Source: Octopus sinensis
Lineage: Eukaryota
DNA length: 64,000 bases
Direction: 5' to 3'
NCBI RefSeq assembly: GCF_006345805.1
Contig: NC_043004.1
Coordinates: forward strand, 75,020,001 to 75,084,000
Every line of letters begins with the position of its first letter. Position 1 is the first letter of the stretch. This document shows, piece by piece, positions 60,728-64,000 of the stretch. Made by a program: the position numbers and the translations under genes. Below the pieces are notes generated by a model, which saw nothing but the letters and a program-made list of their open reading frames with translations, was not told where the DNA came from and did no database searches.

Positions 60728-61330
60728 GACAAATGGCCAAGACCTCATACGGGCTGTGACAAATTATCAAGACCTCATGGAGGCAAGACAAATGACCAAG
60801 ACCTCATGGAGGCAAGACAAATGACCAAGAACTTATAGAGGTAAGACAAAATGAGCAAGAATTCATGGAGGCAAGACAAAAGACCAAGACCTCATGGAGG
60901 CAAGACAAATGACCAAGACCTCATGGAAGCAAGACAAAGGATCAAGATCTCTTGGAGGCAAGACAAATGATCAGGACCTCATGGAGGAAAGACAAATGAT
61001 CAAGACTTCATGGAGGTATGACAAATGACCAAGAATTCATTGAGGCAAGGCAAATGACCAAGACCTCAAGGGGGCAAGACAAATGACCAAGACTTCATGG
61101 AGGCAAGCCAAATGACCAAGACCTCATGGAGGCAAGACAAATTATCAAGACTTCATGGAGGTATGACAAATGACCAAGAATTCATTGAGGCAAGGCAAAT
61201 GACCAAGACCTCATGGAGGCAGTGACAAATGATCAAGACCTCATGAGGGAAGTGACAAATGATCAAGACCTCATGGGGGCAAGACAAATGACCAAGACCT
61301 CATGGAGGCAAGACAAATGATCAAGACTTT
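60728..61330 (+). repeat. 29-bp minisatellite, about 21 copies (GACAAATGACCAAGACCTCATGGAGGCAA), at the 5' end of a truncated RTE
   Basis: Direct inspection; runs into RTE terminal sequence at 61325-61590. Confidence 0.92.
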
Positions 61331-62980
61331 TGGCAATATGCTGTGCTTGAGAAGAAAACCTATCAAAGGCAAGTGAAATCACATTCATGGCAGATACTGG
61401 TATCATGCAAACTGGCACCTGTGCCAGTGGCACATAAAAGCACCCCTTACACTCTTGGAGTGGTTGGTGTTAGGAAGGGCATTCAGCCATAGAAATCATG
61501 CCAAATCAGACTAGGGTCCTGGTCAAACCGTCCAACCCATGCCAGCATGGACAACAGATGCTAAATGGTGATGATGATGATGATAATGGTGACTACAAAA
61601 TTATGTAATTGATGAAATCCTTATTTTCTATTACTTATTTTTAGCTCTTCCTTGTTTCGGTTTTCGGGTGTGGCCTGGCTGAGTACCACTGTGAAGGTTT
61701 GGCCCTGCCTGCATTTACATTACAGCATAAAGAGACATTTGAAATTTAATTTTAGGAATTATTCCACAATAGGCTTACATAAGCATTATTATTCTATGAG
61801 GGAGTGGGGAAAAGTCCCTGGTATTGAGTAGATATTGCCAAAGATACTCCCTGCAATCTGTTGGGGGTGGTGTACAACAAACAGAACAGCTGGTTCTTGA
61901 AAGTCATTGGAAATGGTGGGTTCGTATGTTTTCATTGGGGACAGTCATGTTTTCCCTAGAAACTAATAAAGTTGACTTTATACTGTAAATTCACAGGAAT
62001 GATATAAATAACATGTTATAAATGTATAAGAAACAAGTATGGTTCTTCAGTTCAATCCCTCTGCATGGGACATTCGGTAACTTGGGCAAGTATCTTCTAC
62101 AATAGACTTGGGTTGGTTAAAGTTTTGAGAGTGGATTTGAATGAAAACAAGAAGAAACGAAGTGTGTGTGTGTGCATGCATGTGTGTGTATGTGTGTATA
62201 AATATATACTAGCATATATGTGTGTGTATATATATACCATAAATGTTACAAGTATTTCATTTTTGATGGTAGAACTTGCTGTAGATAATGCAATAAACAA
62301 TAACATTTAAATAATGGATTAAACGTTCCCATGGATAGAAAAAGGTCAAGGGTATCTGTGAGATTTAAATTCTTTTTGTAAACACGACAGACGTTTTACC
62401 ATTGGACCAAGATAATTTTTCAAAATTTTCCCCTTCCCTTTAAGAAGCTTTGTTGATACCAGTGAGAAGTGTACGTTACTTACATTGCAAAAAATATGAA
62501 TGCTGGAGTTCAAAGTATAAAAAGCTATGAATGATATATTTTAAGCATATAGGTGTAGGTGTGGCTGTGGTAAGAAGTTTACTTCCAAGCCACATGGTTC
62601 CAGGTTCAGCTCCACTGTGTGGCACCTTGTATAAGTGTCTTCTACTATAGCCTCAGTATGACCCAAACCTCGTGAGTGGATTTGGCCTGTGGAAACCAAA
62701 TGAAGCCTGTGGTATGTATGTATATCTATGTGTTTCTTTGACTGTGTTCATCCCCCACCACTAGTTGACAACCAGTGATGGTGTGTTTATGTCCCCGTAA
62801 AAGATACCGACAGTATAAGTATCAGGCTTCAAAATAATAGGTTCCAGAATCAATTCAATCAACTAAAAATTCTTCAAGGTGATGCCCCAGCGTGGCCACA
62901 GTCTAACGACTGAAACAAGTCTGATAAAAGAAAGGTAAAACATATTAATATGCAACATAGAAATACCGTAAGACACTAAC

Positions 62981-63204
62981 ATTGCTTTTGTCGTAATGAG
63001 TGAAACACAATAAGGATACTTGGTTGGTGAGTCATATTCCGTAGAATAGTATGGTTCCGTCCAGTGAATTTGTGTGCCTTTTCTATGCTCAGGCGGCTCG
63101 AGTCTGTCCAGTAGATCCAGTCTTCAAACACTGCAAGTGAGTGAATGAATGGTACATTCTCTTTCATTACCGTTTGTCTGTGAGTACCATCCAAATTGGC
63201 ATAT
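62981..63204 (-). CDS. LRP2: LRP2 exon, last blade of propeller 7 (YANLDGTHRQTV...VFEDWIYWTD...HSLRQKQ)
   Basis: YWTD motif; acceptor ttttgtag and donor gttagt; 224 nt, phase 2 to 1. Confidence 0.93.
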
Positions 63205-64000
63205 CTACAAAAGCAAAAGGATTAATAACAAATGGCTGCTCCATGTGGGAATTTGTTCTGTTGTATAATGACAATCAGTCATGGTAGAAGGCCATCAATT
63301 TTAGAGAAGACAGTTAACGAATTACGTTGGCACCCCACCACCTGCTACTTATTATTACCGACACTGCAAATGAAAGATGAAACCAACCTCATTAGAATTT
63401 GAACTCAGAATGTAAGGAGCCAGAAGAAATGCCACAAGGCATTTTGTCTGCTGTGTTAAAGATTTTGTGAACACACCTCATTGACCCAATAACAATAAAA
63501 ATAATAATAATAATAATCCTTTCTACAATAGGTGCAAGGCCTGAAATTTGAGGGAAAGGTAGAGTCAATTACATCGACCCCAGCACATAACTGGTACTTA
63601 ATTTATCGACTCCAAAAGGATGAAGAGCAAAGTCGACCTTTGGTAGAATTTGAACTCAGACATCATTTAACATTTGTTTTCCATGCTGGCATGGATTGGA
63701 TAGTTTCACAGGAGCTCGAGAGGCTGGGAGTTTACACGTGGTTTTTAAAGCTGAATGTCCTTTCTAACTCCAGCCACTTGACAGAGTGTACTGGGTGCAT
63801 TTTACGTGGCACCAGCACCAAGAGGGTCACCAAGAACCTTGCAAGACAAAACCCCGTCAGTTGAGAAGGGGGTAGTATTGAGAGAGAAAAAAGAAATGTG
63901 TTTGGATTAAGGGTTTCACATGTCAAATTAACTGAAAGGAATCTTTCAACGGAAGGGATCTGGATAAAGTGTGTGTGCAAACTTGAGTGTGTATGTGAAG

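Overview
AT-rich, microsatellite-dense animal genomic DNA. The repeat landscape (tRNA/CORE-type SINEs, RTE tails ending in (GAT)n, long (TA)n/(TACA)n tracts) points to an octopus; this is inference. One host gene crosses the window on the minus strand: LRP2/megalin, with 21 GT-AG exons traced by hand and splice phases consistent between consecutive exons on each side of the gap. Exons from 63204 to 24039 encode the end of YWTD propeller 7, an EGF, all 11 LDLa repeats of cluster IV, two EGFs and propeller 8. After a 100-N gap (23939-24038), exons from 23574 to 443 encode an EARLIER part of megalin (end of propeller 3, EGF, propeller 4), so exon order is not colinear across the gap. The introns hold an apparently intact CR1-group LINE (Myb/SANT-like + CCCH ORF1) plus two truncated relatives. 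They also hold a near-full-length RTE LINE with a PHD finger inside its RT and a 1.9-kb tandem 3' array, Penelope-like remnants, a DD37D maT element, mariner/pogo/piggyBac MITEs, Helitrons, foldback palindromes and many SINEs. Eight hammerhead-ribozyme-like motifs at seven loci were found by eye, six of them on the LRP2-transcribed strand. All analysis was manual. Comparisons to human LRP2 and to repeat families are from memory, not database searches, and repeat boundaries are approximate.
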